Assembly: GCA_965247095.1 (NCBI GenBank)
Contig: OZ251997.1
Span: 1,472,001-1,536,000 of the forward strand
DNA from: Candidatus Multivorans sp.
GTDB taxonomy: Bacteria > Acidobacteriota > Thermoanaerobaculia > Multivoradales > Multivoraceae
Direction of reading: 5' to 3'
Length of the DNA: 64,000 bases
Shown piece after piece: positions 10,054-18,975 of the stretch. The notes beneath the pieces were generated by a model that saw nothing but the letters and a program-made list of their open reading frames with translations, did not search any database and was not told where the DNA came from. A program made the translations under genes and the position numbers. The number at the start of each line of letters is the position of its first letter. Within the stretch, counting starts at the first letter, position 1.

Positions 10054-10967
10054 GCGAAGCGCGCTCGGCGCCGAGCCGGGCGACCACTGCGAAGGGCATC
10101 CGGCGCCGGATGGCCGGCTTCGCGACGCCGGAGGGCCTGGCGCGGGGACGGAGCTTCCGGCTGCGGCCGACCGACATCCTGATCGCCACCTATCCCAAGG
10201 CCGGTACGACCCTGATGCAGCAGATCGTCCACGGGCTGCGCACCGGCGGCGACATGGACTTCGGCGAGATCACGGAGGTCGTGCCCTGGCTCGAACTCGC
10301 CCACGACCTCGGCCTCGACCTCGACGCCCCGCAGCGCGCCGAACCGAGGGCCTTCAAGACCCACTTCGACTGGAACGAAGCGCCGAAGGGTGGCCGCACG
10401 CTCTACGTTGTCCGCGACCCGGCCGACTCCCTGGTCTCCTTCTTCCACTTCTTCAACGGCTGGGTGTTCGAAGCCGGAAGCGTCTCGATCGAGGACTTCG
10501 CTCTCGAGTACGTGCACCGCGGCTCGCGCAGCGGCCGGTACTGGGATCACCTCGTGTCCTGGTGGCCCCGCCGCCTCGACCCCGACACCCTCTGGCTCTG
10601 CTTCGAGGACATCGTCGCCGACCTCCCCGCCGCCACAGCTCGCGTGGACCGATTCCTGGGCCTCGACCCGGAGCGCCCGAACGTCGAGATCGCGACCCGT
10701 CAGGCGTCAATCGACTTCATGCGCCGGCACGGCTCGAAGTTCGACGACAACCTGGTACGCCGCACCCGCAACGCCGCGTGCGGCCTGCCCGCAGACGCAG
10801 GCAGCACGAAGGTCCGCAAGGGCCGTGTCGGCGACAGCAAGCGGGAACTGCCGGCCAGGGTCGCCGAAGTGTGGCGCCGCGAATGGAGGCGGGTCGTCGA
10901 ACCGGCGACCGGATGCGCCTCGTACGCAGAACTCCGGGCGAAGGCGGCAGCTCTTCTCGACCGCTGA
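10050..10967 (+). CDS. PAPS-dependent sulfotransferase
   Basis: ATYPKAGTT (5'-PSB), RDPADSLVS (3'-PB), RKGRVGD. Confidence 0.9.
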   Translation: MSEARSAPSRATTAKGIRRRMAGFATPEGLARGRSFRLRPTDILIATYPKAGTTLMQQIVHGLRTGGDMDFGEITEVVPWLELAHDLGLDLDAPQRAEPRAFKTHFDWNEAPKGGRTLYVVRDPADSLVSFFHFFNGWVFEAGSVSIEDFALEYVHRGSRSGRYWDHLVSWWPRRLDPDTLWLCFEDIVADLPAATARVDRFLGLDPERPNVEIATRQASIDFMRRHGSKFDDNLVRRTRNAACGLPADAGSTKVRKGRVGDSKRELPARVAEVWRREWRRVVEPATGCASYAELRAKAAALLDR

Positions 10968-10973
10968 TTGCTG

Positions 10974-11708
10974 CTACAGCAGGCCGCCCTCAGGCGCAGG
11001 GCGGGCGCGCTGGTTGTAGAGCATCTTCTTCAACCGCTCGCGTTCTTCGTCGGAAAGGTTCGTGTAGTCGATCGCCAGGTCGCTTGAGATCTCCATGCCT
11101 CGCTGGACCGCCGGGCGGGCGCTGAGTTCCTCGAACCAGCGCTTGAAGTACGGGAACTCGTCGATGTCCTGCTCCTGGTCCTGCCAGCGGACCGTCCACG
11201 GGTAGCAGATCATGTCGGCGATCGTGTACTCGTCACCGATCAGATAGCGGCGGTCGTAGAGGCGGTTGTTCATCACCCCGTAGAGCCGGTTCACCTCGTC
11301 GGTGAAGCGTCGTACGGCGTAGCTCTGGTCGCCCTCGGTGTCGCCGAGGCGGCGGAAGTGGCCGCACTCGCCCGACTTCGGCCCCTGGTTCGCCATCTGC
11401 CAGATGAGCCACTGGTTCACTTCGTGTCGGCCGCGCAGATCCTCCGGGTAGAAGCGACCCGCCTTCTCCGCGATGTAGATCATGATCGCGCCGGACTCGA
11501 ACAGCGTAATCGAACCGCCGCCGTCCGCCGGCTCGTGGTCGACCATCGCCGGCATGCGGTTGTTGGGCGAGATCTGGAGGAACTCGTCCTTGAACTGGTC
11601 CCCGAAGCCGATCCGGCAGGGCACGATGCGGTACGGCAGCCCGCACTCCTCCAGCAGGATCGTGACCTTCTTGCCGTTCGGTGTCGGCCAGTAGTGCAGA
11701 TCGATCAT
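10974..11708 (-). CDS. Glutathione S-transferase, Nu class (YfcG-like)
   Basis: MIDLHYWPTPNGKK, ISPNNRMP, FESGAI. Confidence 0.9.
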   Translation of the reverse strand: MIDLHYWPTPNGKKVTILLEECGLPYRIVPCRIGFGDQFKDEFLQISPNNRMPAMVDHEPADGGGSITLFESGAIMIYIAEKAGRFYPEDLRGRHEVNQWLIWQMANQGPKSGECGHFRRLGDTEGDQSYAVRRFTDEVNRLYGVMNNRLYDRRYLIGDEYTIADMICYPWTVRWQDQEQDIDEFPYFKRWFEELSARPAVQRGMEISSDLAIDYTNLSDEERERLKKMLYNQRARPAPEGGLL

Positions 11709-11836
11709 CGCGCGCCCTCTCTCTAGTAGTCGCAGGATCGGCCCGCGAGAATAGCCCAGCGACGGCAAGGCGGAAGCGCCGGAACCTCCGTCAGACGGCC
11801 CTGCCGTAGGATGGGCGGCGTCGCACGGAAACCGAC

Positions 11837-13684
11837 ATGCTCACTCGATTCACGATCAAGGGCTTCAAGCGCTTCCGCGACTCAATGACCGTCGACCTCG
11901 AGGACGTCACGGTTCTGGTTGGCGCCAACAACAGCGGCAAGTCCACGGTTCTCCAAGCGCTGACGCTGTTTCAGTACTGCATCGAGATCACGCGCAAGTT
12001 CAACGGTAACGGTCGTCGAGCCGAGGAGTTGTCCCTTGCCAGTCGCACCATTGGGTTTGACGAGTTCGGGGTGTTGCCGGTCGCCCATCCCGGTGACCTT
12101 TGGCCCAATGGTCAGATGTCTCAGAAAGGCAAACAGAGGCCGATCTCACTACGGGCCACCTTCGCCAACGACGCTCATGTCGAGTTCCAGCTCGCGATCA
12201 GCTTCAACCGCTTGAGTATCAGGCCAATCACCAAAGGGGCGTGGCGAGAAGCGATCGGTCGCGGCGACATTCGCCTGATCCCCATCTTCGCGGGCTTCCT
12301 CCCTCAGGAGGAGTATCTGACGCCGCCCGCCCGGCAGGATCGGCTGCGTCTGCAGCGGCACGGCGAGATGGTCCGCAACCAACGGTGGGGCCTCCAACAG
12401 GAGGAACCGAAACGATGGGATCAACTCCGCGCGCTTCTGGCTGAGCTCTTTCCCGAGAGCCGAATCGACGTCGACTTCAACCTTGACATCGACCGATTCC
12501 TTAGGGCCACATACCGGGACGAAGCCCTACGGCGCAGGAGCGACGTGATCACGGCAGGTTCCGGTTTCCACCAAGCTCTTCAAATCCTGGCGTCCGTACT
12601 AACGCCGGGGACCGCGTTGTTCCTCCTCGATGAACCGGACGCCCATCTTCACGCGCGCCTGCAGGGGCAACTGATGGGGATTCTAGGGCGTCTGGCGCAT
12701 GAGGCGCCGCAGCAGTTCGTCCTGGCCACGCACTCGCCGCAGCTCATGAATGCGGCCCCGACCGGCTCGGTCCGAGTCTGCATGGGAGGTCGGGCCGTGC
12801 CGCTGTCCGTACAGCCCGAGCAACTCCAGTTGCTGGGCGACCTGGGCGCCATGGACCAGATGGAACTGGTGCCTCTGCTGTTGAATCGCGCCGTCGTCTT
12901 CGTCGAGAACAAGAGCGACCGAAAACTGCTGGAGGCCTTCGCCCGTAAGCACTGGGACTCGCAGAGGCAGCAGGCCGTCTGGCGGGATCTGACGTTCCTC
13001 TACACGTACCAGGGACCGATCGAGGCCCGTGTCCTCGACCTGGCGCGCCAGGTACGCGACATCGCCTCAAGTCCCATAGCGGAGAGTTCCGCACCAATGA
13101 AGTTCGTGGCGATAGGAGATCGGGATCACCGCACGGACAAAGCGCGCAGAAGAGCCCTGCGAGATCGGAACGCTCGCGCAAAGAGCGACACGTGCAAGCT
13201 CGACTTCAGGTTGGTGCTCTGGGAGGAGAACGAGATCGAGAACTATCTCCTCGACCGCGAGGCGATCCTGCGCCTGCTCGATTCTCAAGCCGCGGAGGCG
13301 CGACGGAAAGGCGAATGGGGCAAGCTGCGGAGGGAGTTCGCGCTCGAATGGGATCGCCTGTTGAGAGATCAGAGCGAGAGCATCTGGGAGCGAGTTGCCG
13401 ACCGACTGCATCGTGAGGATCGCCGCCTGGCTCTGGTGACCGCGATGGACCGCGCTCGAGGCGAGGTCCAACTCAGCGACGAGAACCTGGCCCACTGGTG
13501 CGATGCAAAGACAATGCTGAGCAAGCTGCGGCGCTGGCTCCAGGAACGGGGATTCGCGTCCCACCTGACGCCGGAAGAGATCATCGAGCAGATGACAGTC
13601 GTGCCGCCGGATGTCCAGAAGACGCTGCGCCTGCTGCAACGGCTCAAGCCGCCACGCAGCCGCGCCAGCTCGGTACCGGCGTAG
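11837..13684 (+). CDS. ABC-type ATPase fused to TOPRIM-like domain (OLD-family ATP-dependent nuclease)
   Basis: Walker A GANNSGKS, signature GSG, Walker B LLDEPDAHLH, ATHS; then VFVENKSD, GDRD, EIENYLL. Confidence 0.8.
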   Translation: MLTRFTIKGFKRFRDSMTVDLEDVTVLVGANNSGKSTVLQALTLFQYCIEITRKFNGNGRRAEELSLASRTIGFDEFGVLPVAHPGDLWPNGQMSQKGKQRPISLRATFANDAHVEFQLAISFNRLSIRPITKGAWREAIGRGDIRLIPIFAGFLPQEEYLTPPARQDRLRLQRHGEMVRNQRWGLQQEEPKRWDQLRALLAELFPESRIDVDFNLDIDRFLRATYRDEALRRRSDVITAGSGFHQALQILASVLTPGTALFLLDEPDAHLHARLQGQLMGILGRLAHEAPQQFVLATHSPQLMNAAPTGSVRVCMGGRAVPLSVQPEQLQLLGDLGAMDQMELVPLLLNRAVVFVENKSDRKLLEAFARKHWDSQRQQAVWRDLTFLYTYQGPIEARVLDLARQVRDIASSPIAESSAPMKFVAIGDRDHRTDKARRRALRDRNARAKSDTCKLDFRLVLWEENEIENYLLDREAILRLLDSQAAEARRKGEWGKLRREFALEWDRLLRDQSESIWERVADRLHREDRRLALVTAMDRARGEVQLSDENLAHWCDAKTMLSKLRRWLQERGFASHLTPEEIIEQMTVVPPDVQKTLRLLQRLKPPRSRASSVPA

Positions 13685-13765
13685 GCCGCCGGCCGGCGAG
13701 TACCCCGGCCGCGATACGCTCTCGCTCGCCCCTCTACGCTCGCAGGCTCAACAGGAGGTAACCTG

Positions 13766-14374
13766 GTGCACAACCGCACGTCGACTCTCGCAACTACCAT
13801 CAGCACGCTCGCACTCGGCTTCATCGCGGCTGCCTCCACTGCAGCCGAACCGGCCGACGCCGCGGCGCAACTCGCTGCCGCGATCCAGGCGGCGCCCGAC
13901 GACCGCCGGGACGGCGCGCGGGTCCTGGGCTGGGACGACGACGGCAAGGTCGTCGAGTTGCGCGCGGGCAGCAACGATCTGGTCTGCCTGGCCGCCCGGC
14001 CGGGCGAGGAGCGCTGGAGCGTCGCCTGCTACCACAAGTCGCTGGAGCCCTTCATGGCCCGCGGCCGCGAGCTCCTGGCCCAGGGCATCACCGGCGAGGA
14101 GCGCATCGCGATGCGCGAAACGGAGATCGCCGAGGGCAAGCTGGCCATGCCGCGCGAGCCGCGCACCCTCTACGTCCTCCACGGCAGCGGCTTCGACGCC
14201 GAGGCCGGCAAGGTCGTCGATCCGTATCTGCGCTGGGTGATCTACACCCCTTACGCCACGCCGGAGTCGACCGGGCTCACGACCCGCCCCGTACCCGGCG
14301 CGCCCTGGCTGATGGCGCCCGGCACCGCGGGGGCCCACGTGATGATCAATCCGCCGCAGCCCGACCAGCAGTGA
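13766..14374 (+). CDS. Secreted hypothetical protein
   Basis: AGGAGG RBS, signal peptide, coding-like codon use. Confidence 0.7.
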   Translation: MHNRTSTLATTISTLALGFIAAASTAAEPADAAAQLAAAIQAAPDDRRDGARVLGWDDDGKVVELRAGSNDLVCLAARPGEERWSVACYHKSLEPFMARGRELLAQGITGEERIAMRETEIAEGKLAMPREPRTLYVLHGSGFDAEAGKVVDPYLRWVIYTPYATPESTGLTTRPVPGAPWLMAPGTAGAHVMINPPQPDQQ

Positions 14375-14399
14375 CCGCGGTCGCCACAACCGCTGCCAA

Positions 14400-15311
14400 A
14401 TGATGAGCACCGCCTTCAGCGACAGTCCCTTCCGGGACATTGTCGGCCCGTCGTCGCAGTTCTACATCTCGCAGCGCCTGCGGCTCCACTACCTGAGCTG
14501 GGGCAACGAGGACAAGCCGCCCCTGGTGCTGATCCACGGCGGCCGGGACCACGCGCACAACTGGGACTGGGTGGCGAACGCGCTGCGCTCCGACTACCAC
14601 ATCGTGGCCCCGGACCTGCGCGGCCACGGCGACAGCGAGTGGGCGATCGGCGGCATGTACGCGATCACCGACTTCGTGCTCGACATCGCGCAACTGCTCG
14701 AGGCGCTCGACCGCTTTCCGGTGCGCATCCTGGCCCACTCCCTGGGCGCGAACATCGCCCTCCACTACACCGGCCTCTACCCCGAGAACGTCCACAAGCT
14801 GGTGGCGATCGAGGGCATGGGGCCGCCCCCTCGAATCCTCAGCGACCGGGTCACCACGGCGGTCGATGAGCGCATGCGGGGCTGGATCGGAAGCATGCAG
14901 AAGCTCGCCGGGCGGCAACCGCGGCGCTACCCGTCGCTCGACGCCGCGGCCGAGCGGATGCAGGAGGTGAACAGCTTCCTGAGCCCCGAGCAGGCCCGCC
15001 ACCTCACGGTCAACGGCATGGCGCGCAACGAGGACGGCACCTACACCTGGAAGTTCGACAACTACGTCCGCTCGTTCCCGCCCTACCGCTACGACGAGGA
15101 GGAATTGCGCAGCATCTGGGGCCGGATCACCTGCCCCACCCTGCTGGTACGGGGCACGGAGAGCTGGGCCAGCGACCCGGTCGAGGACGGCCGAATCGAC
15201 GCGTTCCAGAACGCGGAGCGGCGCAACTTCCAAGGCGCCGGGCACTGGGTCCACCACGACCAGATCGACGAGTTCGTGGCTACGACCCGGGCCTTCCTGG
15301 CCGGCGACTAG
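14400..15311 (+). CDS. Alpha/beta hydrolase
   Basis: LIHGG, DLRGHGDS, AHSLG nucleophile elbow, AGHWVH. Confidence 0.92.
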   Translation: MMSTAFSDSPFRDIVGPSSQFYISQRLRLHYLSWGNEDKPPLVLIHGGRDHAHNWDWVANALRSDYHIVAPDLRGHGDSEWAIGGMYAITDFVLDIAQLLEALDRFPVRILAHSLGANIALHYTGLYPENVHKLVAIEGMGPPPRILSDRVTTAVDERMRGWIGSMQKLAGRQPRRYPSLDAAAERMQEVNSFLSPEQARHLTVNGMARNEDGTYTWKFDNYVRSFPPYRYDEEELRSIWGRITCPTLLVRGTESWASDPVEDGRIDAFQNAERRNFQGAGHWVHHDQIDEFVATTRAFLAGD

Positions 15312-15322
15312 CGGAGCGCACC

Positions 15323-16585
15323 GTGACCGCGACCGATCCGGCGAGCGACCCGGCCCCGCGCCCCGCGGCCCCGGTCCAGGCCGGCGAGCGGATCGCCGCC
15401 ATCGACGTCCTGCGCGGCTTCGCCGTGCTGGGCATCCTGGTGATGAACGTGCAGAGCTACTCGATGATCTCGGCGGCGTACCTGAACCCGGCCGCGAACG
15501 ACAAGCTGGCGGGCGCCGGTTTCTCGGTCTGGCTGCTGACCCACGTGTTCGCCGATACCAAGTTCATGTCGATCTTCTCGACGCTGTTCGGCGCCGGCAT
15601 GGCCCTGATGGCCGAGCGGGCCGCCTCCCGCGGCGCCTCGGCCACCGGCATCCACTACCGGCGGCAGTTCTGGCTGCTCCTCCTTGGCCTGGCGCACGCC
15701 CATCTGATCTGGTACGGCGACATCCTGGTGCCGTACGCGCTATGCGGCTTCATTCTCTACAGCCTCCGCAACATGCGGCCGCGGAAGCTGGTGATCGCCG
15801 GGTTCGCCATGACCGCGGTGACCCCGGTTCTCTTCCTGCTGACGGCGCAGTCCCTGCCGAGCATGCCCGCCGACGTACGGGCCGGTCTCGAACTGGGTTG
15901 GGCGCCGGCCGCAGGCGAGGTCGAAGCCGAGATCGCCACCTACCAGTCGGGCTGGCTGACCCAGATGCCGGAGCGCAGCGCCAACGCCATTGGCCTGGAG
16001 ACCACCGTCTTCCTGCTCCTGTTCCTCTGGCGTTCCGGCGGCCTGATGCTGGTCGGCATGGGTCTCTACAAGCTCGGCGTGCTCTCGGCGCAACGCTCGT
16101 CCGCGTTCTACCGGCGCATGGCCGCTGCAGGCCTCGCGCTCGGCCTGCCGATCGTGGCCGCCGGAGTGATCTTCAATACCCGGCACGACTTCGCCTTCGA
16201 GTATTCAATGTTCCAGGGCCAGATGTTCAACTACGTCGGCTCGATCGGCGTCTTCCTCGGCTACCTCGCCATGGTCATGCTCGCGGTCCAGAACGGCTGG
16301 CTTCGCGCCCTGCAGCGGCGGTTTCAGGCGGCGGGCCGGATGGCGCTCTCGAACTACATCAGCCAGAGCGTGATCTGCACCCTGATCTTCTACGGCCATG
16401 GCATCGGCCTGTTCGAGCAGGTCGATCGCCTCGGCCAGACCGCGATCGTCGCCCTGATCTGGGCTCTGCAACTGATCTGGTCGCCCTGGTGGCTGGCCCG
16501 CTTCCGCTTCGGGCCGCTGGAGTGGCTGTGGCGTTCGCTCACCTACATGAAACTCCAACCGATGACCGTGGGCAGACCTGCCTAG
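15323..16585 (+). CDS. DUF418 (YeiB-like) membrane protein
   Basis: ERIAAIDVLRGFAVLGIL, WYGDILVPY, GRMALSNY, FRFGPLEWLWRSLTY. Confidence 0.9.
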   Translation: MTATDPASDPAPRPAAPVQAGERIAAIDVLRGFAVLGILVMNVQSYSMISAAYLNPAANDKLAGAGFSVWLLTHVFADTKFMSIFSTLFGAGMALMAERAASRGASATGIHYRRQFWLLLLGLAHAHLIWYGDILVPYALCGFILYSLRNMRPRKLVIAGFAMTAVTPVLFLLTAQSLPSMPADVRAGLELGWAPAAGEVEAEIATYQSGWLTQMPERSANAIGLETTVFLLLFLWRSGGLMLVGMGLYKLGVLSAQRSSAFYRRMAAAGLALGLPIVAAGVIFNTRHDFAFEYSMFQGQMFNYVGSIGVFLGYLAMVMLAVQNGWLRALQRRFQAAGRMALSNYISQSVICTLIFYGHGIGLFEQVDRLGQTAIVALIWALQLIWSPWWLARFRFGPLEWLWRSLTYMKLQPMTVGRPA

Positions 16586-16603
16586 CAACTTGCGCGGCAC
16601 AAA

Positions 16604-16635
16604 CTGGGTGCGGCGGCGTCCCCGCCGGCATCCGG
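16604..16635 (+). repeat. REP-like repeat, variant subfamily
   Basis: ctgggtgcggcggcgtccccgccggcatccgg, similar to the copy at 58982. Confidence 0.6.
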
Positions 16636-16676
16636 TAGTTCTGCCGCGCAAGCAGCCCCACCGAAAGGAGCCCCCA

Positions 16677-17183
16677 ATGAACCGCAAGCTCTCCGTCGCA
16701 ACGTGCATCCTCTTCTTCGCCGTGGCCGCTCTCGCTACCGGCGGCGCCGCCATGGGACAGATCGGCCCCCGGCCCGAACAGATCGAAGAACTCATGAAGG
16801 GACCGGCCGATACGCCGGTCGTCATGGTCAACCTGCTGCGGTTCAAGGAAGCGGCCGACGCGTCCGACGAGGGCCTGAGCGGGGCCGAGGCCTACCAGCG
16901 CTACGGCACCCAGATGATCCAGTGGATCACATCCCAGGGCGGCCGCCTGATCTGGTCGGGCCGGGTCGACTCGTTCGTGATCGGCGACACGGAGGAGCGC
17001 TTCGACGTGGTCGCGCTGGTCGAGTACCCGTCGCGTGCCGAGTTCCTGCGCATCGCCGGCGATCCGCGGGTGGCGGAGTACTCGGTTCACCGCACCGCCG
17101 GTCTGGAAATGCAGTGGCTGATCGCGTCGACGACCGCGGCCTCGCTCAGCACAAGCGCGCCCGACGAGGCGTCGAACGACTGA
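16677..17183 (+). CDS. DUF1330-like exported protein
   Basis: PVVMVNLLRF, SGAEAYQRY, VALVEYPSR, HRTAGLE; signal peptide. Confidence 0.75.
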   Translation: MNRKLSVATCILFFAVAALATGGAAMGQIGPRPEQIEELMKGPADTPVVMVNLLRFKEAADASDEGLSGAEAYQRYGTQMIQWITSQGGRLIWSGRVDSFVIGDTEERFDVVALVEYPSRAEFLRIAGDPRVAEYSVHRTAGLEMQWLIASTTAASLSTSAPDEASND

Positions 17184-17259
17184 GTTACACTCCCGGCTCG
17201 CGAGCCCGCGACCCGAGTCAACCAACGACGGTTCCCTCAAGGTGAAGGAGATCCCGGAT

Positions 17260-17793
17260 ATGCGTTCGAAGAACCTGGCGCCAGTCCTGGCCGCGGCAGT
17301 GCTTCTCGCTGCCGGCACGACGATCGCCGCGACGCCACTCGCCGCCTCGGAGCACGAGGAACCGGTCGGCAACCTGGCCGAACTGATGCGCGCCATCCTG
17401 TTCCCAAACTCGAACTTCCTGTTCGACGTCCAGACCACGGACCCGGGCGCCCCGCCCGAGGCCGGCAGCGAAGACGACCGCTCCGCATCGTCCCTCTTCT
17501 CCGGCATCTACACCGGCTGGCAGGTGCCGCAGCAGGCGGCGCTCGCCCTGGCCGAGGTCGAGCCGCTGATCATGAATGCCGACCGCAAGTGCGAGAACGG
17601 CAAGCCCGCGCCGGTCGGCAACGAGGACTTCCAGAAGTACGCCAAGCAGTTGACCGCCGTCGCCAAGGAGATCTACGCCGCGGCGCACGAAGAGGATCAG
17701 GAGAAGGTCAGCGACCTGACCAACCAACTCGCGGGCGCCTGCGAGGACTGCCACGCGATCTACCGGAAGTACCAGGACCGCTGCCGCAGGTAG
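17260..17793 (+). CDS. Periplasmic cytochrome c (class II / c'-like)
   Basis: Signal peptide, helical body, C-terminal CEDCH. Confidence 0.8.
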   Translation: MRSKNLAPVLAAAVLLAAGTTIAATPLAASEHEEPVGNLAELMRAILFPNSNFLFDVQTTDPGAPPEAGSEDDRSASSLFSGIYTGWQVPQQAALALAEVEPLIMNADRKCENGKPAPVGNEDFQKYAKQLTAVAKEIYAAAHEEDQEKVSDLTNQLAGACEDCHAIYRKYQDRCRR

Positions 17794-17840
17794 GGCCGTG
17801 CCGGCGCCGCCCGGTATGAGCCGAACAGGGTCACCTTCCG

Positions 17841-18371
17841 ATGTTCATCCGCAGCGCCTTCGAGTGGGTCGACGCGCTTCCCAGCAGCGTCGCGCTGCGG
17901 GAATCGCTGAACGCGTACCCGACCCTGCTGACGGCCCACGTCGTCAGCATGTGCCTGTTCGCCGGCCTGATCGCTTTCTGGGACATGCGGCTGGTCGGGC
18001 TGACACTCAAGAAGGTGCCGGTATCGAACATCCCGGCCCGGATCTTCCCGTGGGCGCTGACCGGATACGCGATCAACCTGATCACCGGCGGTCTGCTGCT
18101 CTACAGCCAGCCCATGCGCTACTACAACAACTTCTACTTCTGGGCCAAGATGCTGCTGATGGTGATCGCCGGCATCAACATGTTCTGGTTCCACTACGCC
18201 ACCTACAAGTCGGTTCAGGCTTGGGACCAGGGACGCGATATCCCGTTCAACGCCCGGGTCGCCGGCGTTGTCTCCCTGGTGCTGTGGGCGGCGGTCGTCG
18301 TGACCGGCCGCATGATGGCCTACGCCGGCCTGATGCCAGACTGGTGGGACAACCTGAACATAGGCGCCTGA
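17841..18371 (+). CDS. DUF6644-like 4-TM membrane protein
   Basis: TAHVVS, DMRLVG, TGGLLL, YYNNFYFWAKM, SLVLWAAVVVTGR. Confidence 0.75.
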   Translation: MFIRSAFEWVDALPSSVALRESLNAYPTLLTAHVVSMCLFAGLIAFWDMRLVGLTLKKVPVSNIPARIFPWALTGYAINLITGGLLLYSQPMRYYNNFYFWAKMLLMVIAGINMFWFHYATYKSVQAWDQGRDIPFNARVAGVVSLVLWAAVVVTGRMMAYAGLMPDWWDNLNIGA

Positions 18372-18391
18372 CCGCGGAGGATCGATCAGTG

Positions 18392-18862
18392 ATGCAGTCC
18401 TTCTTCGAGTGGATGCAGGGTCTATCCCTCAGCGCCTGGATGCTGGAGGAGACCTGGGCGTCGCCGATCATCCAATGCGCGCACCTGGTCGCCCTGGTGG
18501 CCTTTGCCGGCGCCGTGCTGCTGGTCGACATCCGGCTGCTCGGTCGCGGCCTGATCAAGACATCGACCGCCCGGCTCGCGCGCGAGGCCGACCGCTGGAT
18601 GATCTGGAGCTTCGTCGCCCTGTTCGTCACCGGCGCGCCGCAGGTCCTGTCCACGGCGCTCAAGCAGTACTACAGCCCGTTCTTCTGGTGGAAGATGCAG
18701 ATCATCGTCATCGGGCTGCTCTTCAACTTCACCATCCGACGCCGCGTCGCGTTCGCCGAAGAAGGAACGCTGGGGCACTGGCCCAAGGTGGTCGGCGCGC
18801 TGTCGATCGGCATCTGGACCAGCGTCTCGGTGTGGGCACGGCTGATCGGCCTGCTGTCCTGA
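18392..18862 (+). CDS. DUF6644-like 4-TM membrane protein (tandem paralog)
   Basis: CAHLVA, DIRLLG, YYSPFFWWKM, SIGIWTSVSVWAR; same pattern as the upstream gene. Confidence 0.75.
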   Translation: MQSFFEWMQGLSLSAWMLEETWASPIIQCAHLVALVAFAGAVLLVDIRLLGRGLIKTSTARLAREADRWMIWSFVALFVTGAPQVLSTALKQYYSPFFWWKMQIIVIGLLFNFTIRRRVAFAEEGTLGHWPKVVGALSIGIWTSVSVWARLIGLLS

Positions 18863-18880
18863 CCAGGCGTTCCACTCCCC

Positions 18881-18920
18881 ACCTGGGAACGCGGGCATCC
18901 CTGCCCGCATCCGGCGCAAG
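18881..18920 (+). repeat. REP-like palindromic repeat copy
   Basis: acctgggaacgcgggcatccctgcccgcatccggcgc. Confidence 0.85.
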
Positions 18921-18975
18921 TCGCGCAGCGACGAGCGCGGGTTTCTGCTCGGCTTCCAGAGCCGCGGCAACCCTG

